In this document: in pieces, positions 20,101 to 28,231 of the stretch | How the letters are laid out: every line of letters starts with the position of its first letter | Numbering within the stretch: position 1 is the first letter of the stretch | Origin: Armatimonadota bacterium | GTDB lineage: Bacteria; Armatimonadota; UBA10988 | Direction: 5' to 3' | Length of the DNA: 56,723 bases | Assembly: GCA_016235455.1 (NCBI GenBank) | Contig: JACRKZ010000074.1 | Coordinates: 1 to 56,723 of the forward strand | The notes under the pieces: model-generated | Databases searched by the model: none | Told to the model about the DNA's origin: nothing | The model's input: the letters and a program-made list of their open reading frames with translations, nothing else | Translations under genes and position numbers: made by a program

Positions 20101-22654
20101 TGCCTTTGTAGGCGTCGTTGGCCACCCAGAAGCTGGTCGACGCGGTGACATCGACCTTCTTGTCGAACTTGTCGGGCGCACGGAGCCCGATCTCCCAGTT
20201 GCCGTCCTTGGGCGCGTCGAAGACGAGCTTCTTCTCGCCGGAATCGGGGTCGGTGTCGAGCTTCCTGGTCCACATGAGCTTGTCGCGCTCGGAGTGCGCG
20301 TAGCGCGTGACGCGGCCCGTCTTGGGGTCCTTGAGCTCGGGCAGCCACTTGGTCGACCACAACTCGACGGTCACCGGCGTCGCCACCGGCTGGCTGTCGG
20401 CGTCCTGGGCCTTGGCGGTCAGGGTCACCTTGTCCGTCGGCCGGTAGAGGTGCTGGCCGGTGTTGGCATAGAGGTAGAAGGCTTTCTGCGTGACGGTCAC
20501 GCTGCCCGACGCCTCCACCACGCGGCGGCTGACGTCGGCCACCTCGGCCTCGATCGTGTAGCTGTAGTCGTTGCCGTCCTTGAGCGTGACGAATTCGATG
20601 GTCGCCTTGCCCTTGCCGTCGGTCTTGGCCGTGCCTTCGGTGACGACCTGCTCGCCACCGCGCCAGAAGCGCGGGCGGTCCCACCCGGCATAGAACCAGT
20701 CGAAGGGGTCACGCCACCAGTAGGTCTGGTAGTAGGGACGACGCTTGACCACGTACTTCACTTCGCCGTCGGTCACGGGCGCGCCGAAGTAGTACTGCGC
20801 ATCCACTTCGACCGCCGCGCCACCGCCGGGCCGGACTTCGGCCAGCGGCTTGCCCACGGTCACTTTGAACTCGGGCTTGCGGTACTCCTCAACGCGGAAC
20901 TGGCCGCCGCCGCCCTGGTTGCCCAGCTTGACGCCGATGCCGTAGACACCCAGCGTCGGCTCCTTGTCCAGCGTCAGATCGCCGGTCAGCGAGCCGTACT
21001 CGTCGGTGGTCAGGGTCTTCTTGAGCAGCTCCTTGCCACGGGGGTCATGCACCGTCACCTCGACGCTCTTGCCGGCGAGGTTGGTGAACAGACCCTCTTT
21101 CTCGTTGCGCAGGATGGCCTTGAACTGCACCTTGTTCTCGGGCCGATAGACGGGTCGGTCGGTGTAGACGTAAGCCTTGAGCTCCGTGCCCGGCTCATTC
21201 CACCAGGCATAGAGACCGTCGTCCTGGAAGACATATTGGTCGCGCAGGCGACCGAAGGTCCACAAGCGCCAGTCGCCATTGTCACCCCGCGGGGCGACCT
21301 CGGTCTCCAGCAGGCCGTCGGGGTTGGTCTTGCCGCTCACGGCGTCGCGCAGGCGCATCTCGTTGCCGCCGCGGCGCGGCTGCAGCACCCGCAACTCGAC
21401 CTCGGGCACCGGCTGGCGCGTGGTGCGGTCGGCCACGTAGCTGACCAGCTTGCGCGCCGCATACGACTGCACCAGCACCAGGTTGGAGATGTTGAGCAGC
21501 GCGCTCTGCTTCAGGTCAGGCTTGCCGTCGGCCTGGGCCTCGACCACATAGAGCCCGGGCGCCTTGATGGGCACCTGCTGGGCCGCAATGTGGAACTCGT
21601 ACTTGCCCTGGTCGGCGACGGCCTGTCGCCAGGTGGCGACCTTCTGGCCGGTCTGGCGCAGCTTGTCGCGCTCATTGAGGTACTGGACGGTCAAGTCCTT
21701 GGCCGCGAACAGGTCAACCGAATAGGCGGTGAAGGTGACGCCCTGGAGGTTGCGCGTCTGGAAATGGAAGGGGATCTTTGCGCCCGGCAGATGGGTGCGC
21801 GACAGCATCAGTTCCAGCCGCGGGGCCTCGATCTCGGCGATCTGCTGCTTGGCATCGGCTTCGAGTTCGGACTTGGGAAAGCGGCGGCGCAGTTCCAGGT
21901 AGCGGGTGCGGGCCAGCGGGTAGTTCTCCTGCTCCTGGGCAATCTGGGCCAGCAGGTACCAGGCGCGGTCGGCCACCTTGGTCTCGGCAAACTGGTTGAC
22001 CACCACGAGCAGCGCGGCCTCGGCCTTCTTGCGGTCACCGTAGCGTCCGCGGTAGAGGTCGGCCTGGGCCACTCGGGCGCGGGCCACGTCCTCGACGTCG
22101 GCCTTGGAGGCGATGATCGTCTCGAGGTGGTCCAGGGCCAACGGCTTGGCTCGCTCGTCCCACCATTCGGCATAGAAGGTGGCGGCGGCGAAATGCCACT
22201 CGTTGATCTCGTGGAGTTCCTCGGAGCTGGTCGGCCGCCGGCCGATCAGCGAGCGGTAGTCGCTCAACGCCGTCTCATAGAGGTTGGCGATCTTCTCCCA
22301 GTTGCTCCAGCGGTCGCGTTCGCGCAGCCACGTGGCCTCCAGGATGCGCGCCCGCAGGCCCCACGGGCTGCGGCGATTGGCCTCGGCGAAGGTGTCGAGA
22401 CGCTCGGCCAGGTCCTCGGTGCGGCCGAGCCGGCTCAGCGCATGCAGTTGCTTGTAGCCCGCCTCGGTGACACGGGCATCGTCGGGAGCGGCCTTGGCGA
22501 AGCTCTCGAAACCAGCCGCGGCGCGGTCCCACGTCATTTCGCGGTAGTACTTCTCCGCATCGCGAAACTGCTCGTCCGGCGTGGCTGCCATCATCGGCGC
22601 TGCAACGATCAGCGTCGCGAGGAGGCCCCACCAGGTTGTGCTCTTGCTGCTCAT
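17165..22654 (-). CDS. bacterial alpha-2-macroglobulin with N-terminal TPR region
   Basis: YTDRPVYRP (MG2), FRVEEYRKPEF, VRSFFPDT, PDSLTTWR, thioester YPYGCVEQT, QNADGGFGW; TPR-like AWYLLAQ..YLELRRRFPKS; signal peptide. Confidence 0.93.
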   Translation of the reverse strand: MSSKSTTWWGLLATLIVAAPMMAATPDEQFRDAEKYYREMTWDRAAAGFESFAKAAPDDARVTEAGYKQLHALSRLGRTEDLAERLDTFAEANRRSPWGLRARILEATWLRERDRWSNWEKIANLYETALSDYRSLIGRRPTSSEELHEINEWHFAAATFYAEWWDERAKPLALDHLETIIASKADVEDVARARVAQADLYRGRYGDRKKAEAALLVVVNQFAETKVADRAWYLLAQIAQEQENYPLARTRYLELRRRFPKSELEADAKQQIAEIEAPRLELMLSRTHLPGAKIPFHFQTRNLQGVTFTAYSVDLFAAKDLTVQYLNERDKLRQTGQKVATWRQAVADQGKYEFHIAAQQVPIKAPGLYVVEAQADGKPDLKQSALLNISNLVLVQSYAARKLVSYVADRTTRQPVPEVELRVLQPRRGGNEMRLRDAVSGKTNPDGLLETEVAPRGDNGDWRLWTFGRLRDQYVFQDDGLYAWWNEPGTELKAYVYTDRPVYRPENKVQFKAILRNEKEGLFTNLAGKSVEVTVHDPRGKELLKKTLTTDEYGSLTGDLTLDKEPTLGVYGIGVKLGNQGGGGQFRVEEYRKPEFKVTVGKPLAEVRPGGGAAVEVDAQYYFGAPVTDGEVKYVVKRRPYYQTYWWRDPFDWFYAGWDRPRFWRGGEQVVTEGTAKTDGKGKATIEFVTLKDGNDYSYTIEAEVADVSRRVVEASGSVTVTQKAFYLYANTGQHLYRPTDKVTLTAKAQDADSQPVATPVTVELWSTKWLPELKDPKTGRVTRYAHSERDKLMWTRKLDTDPDSGEKKLVFDAPKDGNWEIGLRAPDKFDKKVDVTASTSFWVANDAYKGNNWDHANLQLLPEKDLYQKGQTARLLLNSPVKDGAVLLTIGAVHIYETKVIRYQGNALVLELPVRDNYSPNVYVNATVVGSKQVYFANAELKVPPTDRFVNVKVQSDKAEYKPRTSGQFAVTTTDQDGKPVAAQVSLGITDDSVYAIQEEMAQPIGAYFHGGRRFNGIRSACSFEPAGEYDDKFEPRTEGVALGMPGGFGGGMGGMGGGRPMMQRAGAPPPSPAAMASAPADAAKAAPGAEAGPEAAVAVRSFFPDTIVWLPTVTTNAKGQADVKVDFPDSLTTWRTTARAVTKDTRAGQQVERVVTSKDLICRLQAPRFFTQLDETTVSIIATNKTSGQQQVAVSLQVAGLSLEGEATGSLVVPPNGQARLDRIVRAVNPGRATITATLRGATDSDAVKTDFEVLPHGADKFAAAAGQVTDGKLSFALNLPAERRDNATKLKVSIQPSVINSLVDALPYLVRYPYGCVEQTTSKFLPCVMVARTLDLVGRPATGGATVAAKPAAVKPPQMPEWWDSKGLDELPAMVKTGVDRLCGMQNADGGFGWFGGMRSDLWMSAYVTYGLSQALRADYTVPQDRYTRAIDFLYGNLHLLKSQNDSSAYVAWVLTEVEGIGHTPSADQKKALTETVERVWAERDGLNDYTRALLVLTLAGRRDNERAQVVWRNLQSRRIETAQGCHWGENRWGWRWSEDQVETTAFALLASQKVEPNAALAGKTAQWLLLNRTGNQWYSTKDTAAAILALAEYADGHKELTGTYSVNVQVNGKDVKGLEITPQNALSTNAEIEVDPALLRSGANDVSVTTAGGGSPYVAAMLTYYTKEDPITAASNLMSAKRSYSRVVEYTDKDNKRQTRLEPLANGTPIASGDQIEVKIDIDAENDFSYVAFRDPKPAGCEPVDQTSGGTWGGSYLYRELRDKEVTFFADQLSQGKTTISYRLRAESPGLFRALPHNGFAMYRPDVRCLSDEGIVRVTERPKAP

Positions 22655-22732
22655 GGCCGTTCCTTCGTCCTTCGGGCTGGGTGATTCCGGGGCGGATCCC
22701 CGATCACGTCACGCTGCCCCATACCAACGCCA

Positions 22733-22758
22733 AGCCCGCCGCGTTGACGCGGCGGGCT
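22733..22758. repeat. perfect inverted repeat (REP-like or terminator)
   Basis: AGCCCGCCGCGT-TG-ACGCGGCGGGCT, intergenic. Confidence 0.7.
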
Positions 22759-22793
22759 GAAAACATCGGAACGCGAGCGGCCGCGGGCTAGGT

Positions 22794-23417
22794 TCAGCCC
22801 TGCTTGGCTCCGCATTCGGCGCAGAACTTGGCGCCCGCCGCGAGCTCGGCGCCACAGGAGCCGCAGGCCGCCTTGGCCGCCAGCGCGCCGCCGCATTCGG
22901 CGCAGAACTTGGCCTTCTGCACGCGCGCATCGCAGTGCGGGCAGCGCACCTGGTCGTCGGTCGAGAGCTTGCCCTTCTCGACCTGCTGCACGGCGCGGGC
23001 CTGGGCCAGTTCGATCTCCCGGCTGCGGGCGGCGACATTGGCCTCGTCCTCCACCGACGGCGCGCAGCCGATACACAGCTGCACCTGCGGGTTGTAGCAC
23101 GAAGCGCAGAAGTAATTGTGGCAGCGTCGGCAGCGGTGGAAGTGCTGCTGCGCCTGCTCCACGGCGACGGCGAAGGCAGCGTCGTGCGCCTTGCGCCAGC
23201 CGGCGTCGCGGGCCCGGTCGGCCAGGTTGCCGGCGCTGCCCAGGATGCCGCCCAACAGCGAGCCGGCCGCGCCGAGCAGGTTCGACGCCGTGGCCACGCT
23301 GTAGCGCTCGTAGGGCGTGCGCCAGGCATCGTGGCAACTCTCGCAGTAGAACTCGAACTGGAACCCGTTGCCATCGCTCTGATCGCCAAAGTTGTCGTGG
23401 AATGCCAAGTCCGCCAT
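22794..23417 (-). CDS. multi zinc-ribbon (double zinc ribbon) protein
   Basis: Eight CxxC pairs; FQFEFYCESC; repeated KFCAECG; GAGAGGA RBS and TACAAT upstream. Confidence 0.88.
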   Translation of the reverse strand: MADLAFHDNFGDQSDGNGFQFEFYCESCHDAWRTPYERYSVATASNLLGAAGSLLGGILGSAGNLADRARDAGWRKAHDAAFAVAVEQAQQHFHRCRRCHNYFCASCYNPQVQLCIGCAPSVEDEANVAARSREIELAQARAVQQVEKGKLSTDDQVRCPHCDARVQKAKFCAECGGALAAKAACGSCGAELAAGAKFCAECGAKQG

Positions 23418-23477
23418 AGGTCTTCCTCTCTTGCTTCCGCTAGGATGATTGTAGGCCGCGCCCCGTGTGACCAGCAA

Positions 23478-24002
23478 CTAGCACTCGGCGCGAGCCAGCA
23501 GCATGTCGCTGTAGCTGCTCGACAGCAGGTCCGACTCCTCGACGCCCAGGGCGCTCATCAGCGCCTGACACTGGGCCAGGCGCCGTTCCGCGCCCAGGTC
23601 GCCGTGGAGGTCGATGGCCTCCACCTCGACGAACTCGCCGAGGCCTTCGAGCCGATCCAGATGAACTTTGACGTTATCGACGAACCAGATCTGCCGCTCC
23701 TTGACCACTTCCACCAGCACGCCCAGAGCCGCGCTGAGCACCGGCTTGAGGGCCAGGTCGGGCGGCACTGCAGTCATCGTCACCTCGCTATGCTTGGGGC
23801 CGGCCTGGTCAGGTCGGGTGTAGGCGATGAGCGAGCGTTCGATGTTGCCTTCGCGTAGTTTGAGGCGGCCTTGGGTGCAGTGGAAGTAGGTGTCTACCTG
23901 TAGATCACGCCCGACATGTCGGGCGCCCAGATCGCGCAGCACGCGCTCGGCCCGCGCCAGGTTGGGGCAACGTGCCTTGATCTCGGTGATCTGATGGCTC
24001 AA
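23478..24002 (-). CDS. CYTH-domain protein (class IV adenylate cyclase / triphosphate tunnel enzyme)
   Basis: EIKAR, QVDTYF, RLKLRE, HLDRLEGLGEFVEVE, SYSDML; TTG start overlapping the serpin stop (TTGA). Confidence 0.88.
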   Translation of the reverse strand: MSHQITEIKARCPNLARAERVLRDLGARHVGRDLQVDTYFHCTQGRLKLREGNIERSLIAYTRPDQAGPKHSEVTMTAVPPDLALKPVLSAALGVLVEVVKERQIWFVDNVKVHLDRLEGLGEFVEVEAIDLHGDLGAERRLAQCQALMSALGVEESDLLSSSYSDMLLARAEC

Positions 24003-25258
24003 CGCACCACTCCGGCATACAGCGGCATGTTGCCCGCCGCTTGGGCCACGACGAACACAAACGGCTGGTTGGCGGCCACCGCGATGGGTTGCGTGCTCGC
24101 CGGCGGGCGGCCACGGTCGGTGGCCGGCAGCAGTGGCGGCTGCGCGTTGAGGCCGTGCTCGTTGATCCTTAGCGGCGTGACCATCCACATCGGGCCGAGC
24201 CGCAACATGCCTGGCACGGCGCCGCTGACGTCCATGCCGGTGATGCCCATGACTTCGTCCAGCCGGGCCGTGTCCTGCAGGCCGAGCCGTGGGAGACTCA
24301 GGTCGACGTCGGTGAACCGGCCGCGCAGCGTGGCCGCCGCCCAGGTATCGGGACTCAGTTGCGTCAGCAGCTCGCTCAGGCCGGTGCGGCTATCGGGGAT
24401 GAGCAGCGTCAGGCTGACCTCGCCGGCCCCGAGGGGCAGGTCGATGCGCCGCACGCGGTCCAGCTGCGCGAGGCGCGCCACGGTGCGGTGATGCATCATG
24501 GGCAGCAGGCGCGTGGTGCCGTCGGCGCGCGTGAACGGCTCGTCGCGCGTGGCCGACGGCGGGAACGGGTCGGCCCACTCGCCATGCACCAGCGCCGTCG
24601 CCGCGCCGACCATGACTCCGCCCGGCGGGCTCTCGGGGGCGACAACGCGCTCGGCGGCCGTGGCCCACGAGAACCAACGGTCCACCGCGGCGCGGCCCGA
24701 CGGCTGGGTCAGGTCGAGCGCGGTCAGGCGCGCCTTGTAGCGGCCGCGGGCGGTCCGCGCGAAAGCCGGCCGCGCCGGCGGGTCGAGCGGCACCCAGAGG
24801 GCCATCGCGGCGCGGCTGGTGACGTCGCGGCCCGGGCGGAGAAGCATCTCGCGCAGCGCTTCGGCGTTGGCCGTGCAGGACTCGCTGCCGAGCTGGGTCA
24901 GGCCCAGCAGGTCTCGCAGGTGTGCGGCATCGGGCTTGGCCGCGGCGTCATGCAGCAGCGACAACGCCACGGCGGCCGCAGCGGGTGAGATGACGACATC
25001 GCCGCTGCGTTGTCGCGCCAGGTCGCGCAGCAGGCGGAAACCAATGTTGCTCACCGAGCACTGCAACGGCGCCATGCCGTTGGTACTGGTGCTCACCACC
25101 TCGGCCACCGGGCTGGGCGGCACCGGCACCCTCGGCGCGGGGGGCGTAGCGGAACGCTGGCCGCAGGCGCTCAGCGCGCTCCAGGCCAGCAGGGCGACGG
25201 CGAGCCGGCAGCGCCTGGCTACGCGCCCAACCAACCCAAGCTCTTGAGCAGCAGCCAC
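23999..25258 (-). CDS. serpin-fold lipoprotein with atypical hinge (start uncertain)
   Basis: Lipobox LSAC; VVISP; GEWADPFPPSATRDEPF..DG...PMM; IDLP; VDLSLPR; INEHG; ANQPFVF..LYAG. Confidence 0.8.
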   Translation of the reverse strand: MAAAQELGLVGRVARRCRLAVALLAWSALSACGQRSATPPAPRVPVPPSPVAEVVSTSTNGMAPLQCSVSNIGFRLLRDLARQRSGDVVISPAAAAVALSLLHDAAAKPDAAHLRDLLGLTQLGSESCTANAEALREMLLRPGRDVTSRAAMALWVPLDPPARPAFARTARGRYKARLTALDLTQPSGRAAVDRWFSWATAAERVVAPESPPGGVMVGAATALVHGEWADPFPPSATRDEPFTRADGTTRLLPMMHHRTVARLAQLDRVRRIDLPLGAGEVSLTLLIPDSRTGLSELLTQLSPDTWAAATLRGRFTDVDLSLPRLGLQDTARLDEVMGITGMDVSGAVPGMLRLGPMWMVTPLRINEHGLNAQPPLLPATDRGRPPASTQPIAVAANQPFVFVVAQAAGNMPLYAGVVR

Positions 25259-27399
25259 GTGAGCGGCATCCCCAGAATCATGCCAAAGGCCCGCATGGGC
25301 AACATGCTGAAGTCAGAGAGCGCCAACAGGCCGATGATGGCCAGTGGCGCGAAGGCGACGGCGTCGCGCGGTCGGCCGTTCATGTAGAACCAGGCGAACT
25401 GTTTGAGCACCGCCGTGGCGATGACCCAGGCGACAACGGTGATGGCCACGCCGGTGACCAGGTCGGACCACACCGCGGGCGTGCGATCGTCGCGCTCCCA
25501 GGGCTTGCGCTCCGGTCCGGCGTCGCGGCGGGTCACCACGCGGTCGCGGGCGGTGGGCTTGCGCTCGGCCGTCCGCGGCGGGGCTTTCTCGCGCGCGGCG
25601 GGCTTGGCCGGCGGCGGCGTTGCGGCGGCGGGCTTGCGGCGCCGGCCCTTGTCGTCCACATTGGGGTCGAAGTGGCGGTTCAGCCGGCCGCAACTGGGGC
25701 AGTTCTGGTCCTGCACGCGCACGGGCGCCTTGCAGTAGAAGCAAGCCAGTTGCCCACCCTTGGTGGTGCGACTCGGCTTGGTCACCTCCGGGCGCGTCTC
25801 GCGCGTCGGCTTGGCGGCCTGCTCGCCGCTCTTCTTGGTGCTGCTCGTGCCACCGGCATTCACGCCGCGCACGAGACGCTGCATCCAGCCTTGCGGCACG
25901 TGCTCGGCACCGTCGGGGTGCCAGGCATAGACCATCAGCCCGCCATCACGGTCCTTGCGCAGCGGCACGAACCCCTCGTGCGTGGTCAGCTTGTCGAGCG
26001 TGACCTCGGAGATCTCCACCAGGCCCGGCTGCGCGTCCTTCTGCAGGTGGCCGGTGATATCCAGCGTCCGACTGGTGACCTGGCCGAGCGTCTGGTTGGG
26101 GTCGCGCAAGATGCTGCCGGTGTGGATGCCGATGCGCACCTCGAGCGGCGGCGTGTCGGTGAACTCGGTGTTGACCACGCGCAGGCCCGTGATGACCTGC
26201 TGCGCGGCGCTCACGGCCTGGCTGGGCAGCGTGAACAGCGCCACGGTGCCGTCGCCGGCCCAGACCACGTCGACCACGTCGTTCGAGCGTAGCGCGGTGT
26301 CGACCAGCTCGCGGTAGCGGTTGAACACCGCGCCCAGCGCGACGGTGCCGCCACCGGTCTGCTTGAGCTTGGTCGAGCCGGCGAGGTCGAGCGAGACCGC
26401 GGTCAACTCGCGCCGGAAGATCTTGTCCAGGTGCTCAGTCTCATCGGGGAAATCGTGGATGGCCGTGGCCAGGGCCACTTCACCCCGGCGCACGCGCGCG
26501 ACGATGTCGTGACCGACGGTGGTGGTCTCCTGTGCCTCGGAGAGCGCCCCCACCTGGCCGCTGAGGATGTCACGCACCTCGGTCATCGTCGCAGGCCGCT
26601 TGTCGCGGTCCTTCTCGAGGCAGCGGGCGACCAACTCGTCCAGGTAGGCCGGCACATCGGCGCGGGCATTGCGCACGCGCGGAGCGACGGTGTTGATGTG
26701 CTGGTTGATGACGGCGAAGGCCGAGTTGCCGGTGAACGGCGGGTGGCCGCAGAGCATCTCGTAGAGCATCACGCCATAGCTGTAGATGTCGGCGCGGGCA
26801 TCGACCTCGTCGCCCATGGCCTGCTCGGGCGACATGTAGTCGGGGGTGCCCAGGATGGCGCCGGCTTGCGTGGGACCGCCCTTGGTCTGCGTCTCGGGCC
26901 GGGCCAGACCGAAGTCGGTGATGGTGACCACGCCGTCGTCGGAGACGATGACGTTCTCGGGCTTGATATCGCGGTGCACCACGCCGTGGCCATGGGCATA
27001 GGAGATGCCATCGGCCACCTGCATGGCGATGGGCTCGGCATCGGCCCAGGTCAGCCCCTCGCTGAGCAGGCGGTCGAGCGGCTTGCCGATGACCATGCGC
27101 ATGACGAAGTAGACCAGCGACTTGGCCTCGCCCACGTCGTGGACGGTGACAATGCTGGGATGCTCCAGCCGCGCGGCCATCTGGGCCTCGCGAGTGAACC
27201 GCTGCACGAACTGCGCATCGGCGGCCAACTGCGGCAGCAGCACCTTGATGGCGACGGGCCGGTCGAGCAGCGTGTCGTGGGCCAGGTAGACGATGCCCAT
27301 GCCGCCGCGGCCGATCTCCGCCTCCAGCCGGTAGCGCCCGAGCTCACACGGCAGGTCGAGCGCGAATGGCTTCAGCTCTGCGGAGTCCTCTAAGGGCAT
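25219..27399 (-). CDS. Hanks-type Ser/Thr kinase fused to a class III nucleotide cyclase-like domain, Zn ribbon and C-terminal TM helices
   Basis: [30 protein letters not shown]; cyclase-like DLAGST, GDG, RIGIHTG; CFYC..CPSC; three hydrophobic helices. Confidence 0.88.
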   Translation of the reverse strand: MPLEDSAELKPFALDLPCELGRYRLEAEIGRGGMGIVYLAHDTLLDRPVAIKVLLPQLAADAQFVQRFTREAQMAARLEHPSIVTVHDVGEAKSLVYFVMRMVIGKPLDRLLSEGLTWADAEPIAMQVADGISYAHGHGVVHRDIKPENVIVSDDGVVTITDFGLARPETQTKGGPTQAGAILGTPDYMSPEQAMGDEVDARADIYSYGVMLYEMLCGHPPFTGNSAFAVINQHINTVAPRVRNARADVPAYLDELVARCLEKDRDKRPATMTEVRDILSGQVGALSEAQETTTVGHDIVARVRRGEVALATAIHDFPDETEHLDKIFRRELTAVSLDLAGSTKLKQTGGGTVALGAVFNRYRELVDTALRSNDVVDVVWAGDGTVALFTLPSQAVSAAQQVITGLRVVNTEFTDTPPLEVRIGIHTGSILRDPNQTLGQVTSRTLDITGHLQKDAQPGLVEISEVTLDKLTTHEGFVPLRKDRDGGLMVYAWHPDGAEHVPQGWMQRLVRGVNAGGTSSTKKSGEQAAKPTRETRPEVTKPSRTTKGGQLACFYCKAPVRVQDQNCPSCGRLNRHFDPNVDDKGRRRKPAAATPPPAKPAAREKAPPRTAERKPTARDRVVTRRDAGPERKPWERDDRTPAVWSDLVTGVAITVVAWVIATAVLKQFAWFYMNGRPRDAVAFAPLAIIGLLALSDFSMLPMRAFGMILGMPLTWLLLKSLGWLGA

Positions 27400-27535
27400 G
27401 TCACCATCTCCCGGCTCACCCAACCACCTAATTGGTCCGTGGTCACAATTCGCTATTGTAGACCAACTCCTGCTCGCTGTCTCAGTGGACTCTGGCGGTC
27501 GCGGGCGCGTGGGGATCTGGTACCATGGGACACGC

Positions 27536-28132
27536 GTGTGGAGAACCCGGCTGCTCAGCTTCATGGGACTGATCGTGGTGCTGGCGTTGCTTGCGGGCGG
27601 CGTGCTGGTGCTGGTGGCGCTGTTGACCGGTGGGGCGCCGGGCAGTGCGGCGAACCGGCGCTGGGCACGAGTCGCGCAGCGCCGCGCGCCCGTGGCCCCG
27701 CGCTCGCGCCGTGACTCGGCGTCGTCGGAACTGCTCGACCATGTCGACCGGCAACTCTCGGCGTTGCTCAGCGAGCGCCATCGCGTCGGGCTGCTGCTCG
27801 GCCGCGGTGAGCAGTTGCGGCGCCGGCTGCTCGGTTCCGAGCAGTTCCGCTCGCGGCTGGAGTCGCTGGACCAGCAGATCGAGCTGCTGTGGCGCAAGGC
27901 GCGGCACCTGGACGGGCTGGTGGGCCGCTACCAGCGCCACCGCGACGAGCTGGCACTGCTCGCCGAGACGGCCGAGTTCGGTCGCATGGTCGCCGACTAC
28001 GAGGCCGAATCGAGCGTCGATGCGCGCTGGGCGGGGTTGAGCGAGCCAACCGACGAGCTGGACGAGGAGGCCACCCGGCTGCTCGACGTGGTGGAGGCCG
28101 AAGACGAACTGACGGCCATGCTGCGCGGGTGA
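27536..28132 (+). CDS. membrane-anchored coiled-coil hypothetical protein (start 27536 or 27563)
   Basis: N-terminal TM helix followed by a charged helical heptad-like region; divergent from the kinase; TGGTACCAT extended -10 upstream. Confidence 0.7.
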   Translation: MWRTRLLSFMGLIVVLALLAGGVLVLVALLTGGAPGSAANRRWARVAQRRAPVAPRSRRDSASSELLDHVDRQLSALLSERHRVGLLLGRGEQLRRRLLGSEQFRSRLESLDQQIELLWRKARHLDGLVGRYQRHRDELALLAETAEFGRMVADYEAESSVDARWAGLSEPTDELDEEATRLLDVVEAEDELTAMLRG

Positions 28133-28231
28133 AGACTCCCCAAGCGCGCCAGAACGCTCGCGAAGCGACGTTTGTCGTGCGCGGCGTCGTGATTTCCGTC
28201 TCAAGAGTGAGCCATCCCGGCCGAATGTTCT

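Noticed and set aside
17852-22684. 1610-aa plus-strand ORF, and similar long antisense ORFs such as 12447..15104, 37844..40408 and 33832..36003
   Set aside because: Shadow frames opposite well-supported genes; expected at high GC; no motifs
27400-27897. N-terminal extension of the kinase ORF
   Set aside because: Antisense to the coiled-coil gene; ATG 27399 has an upstream GGAG and a TACAAT box
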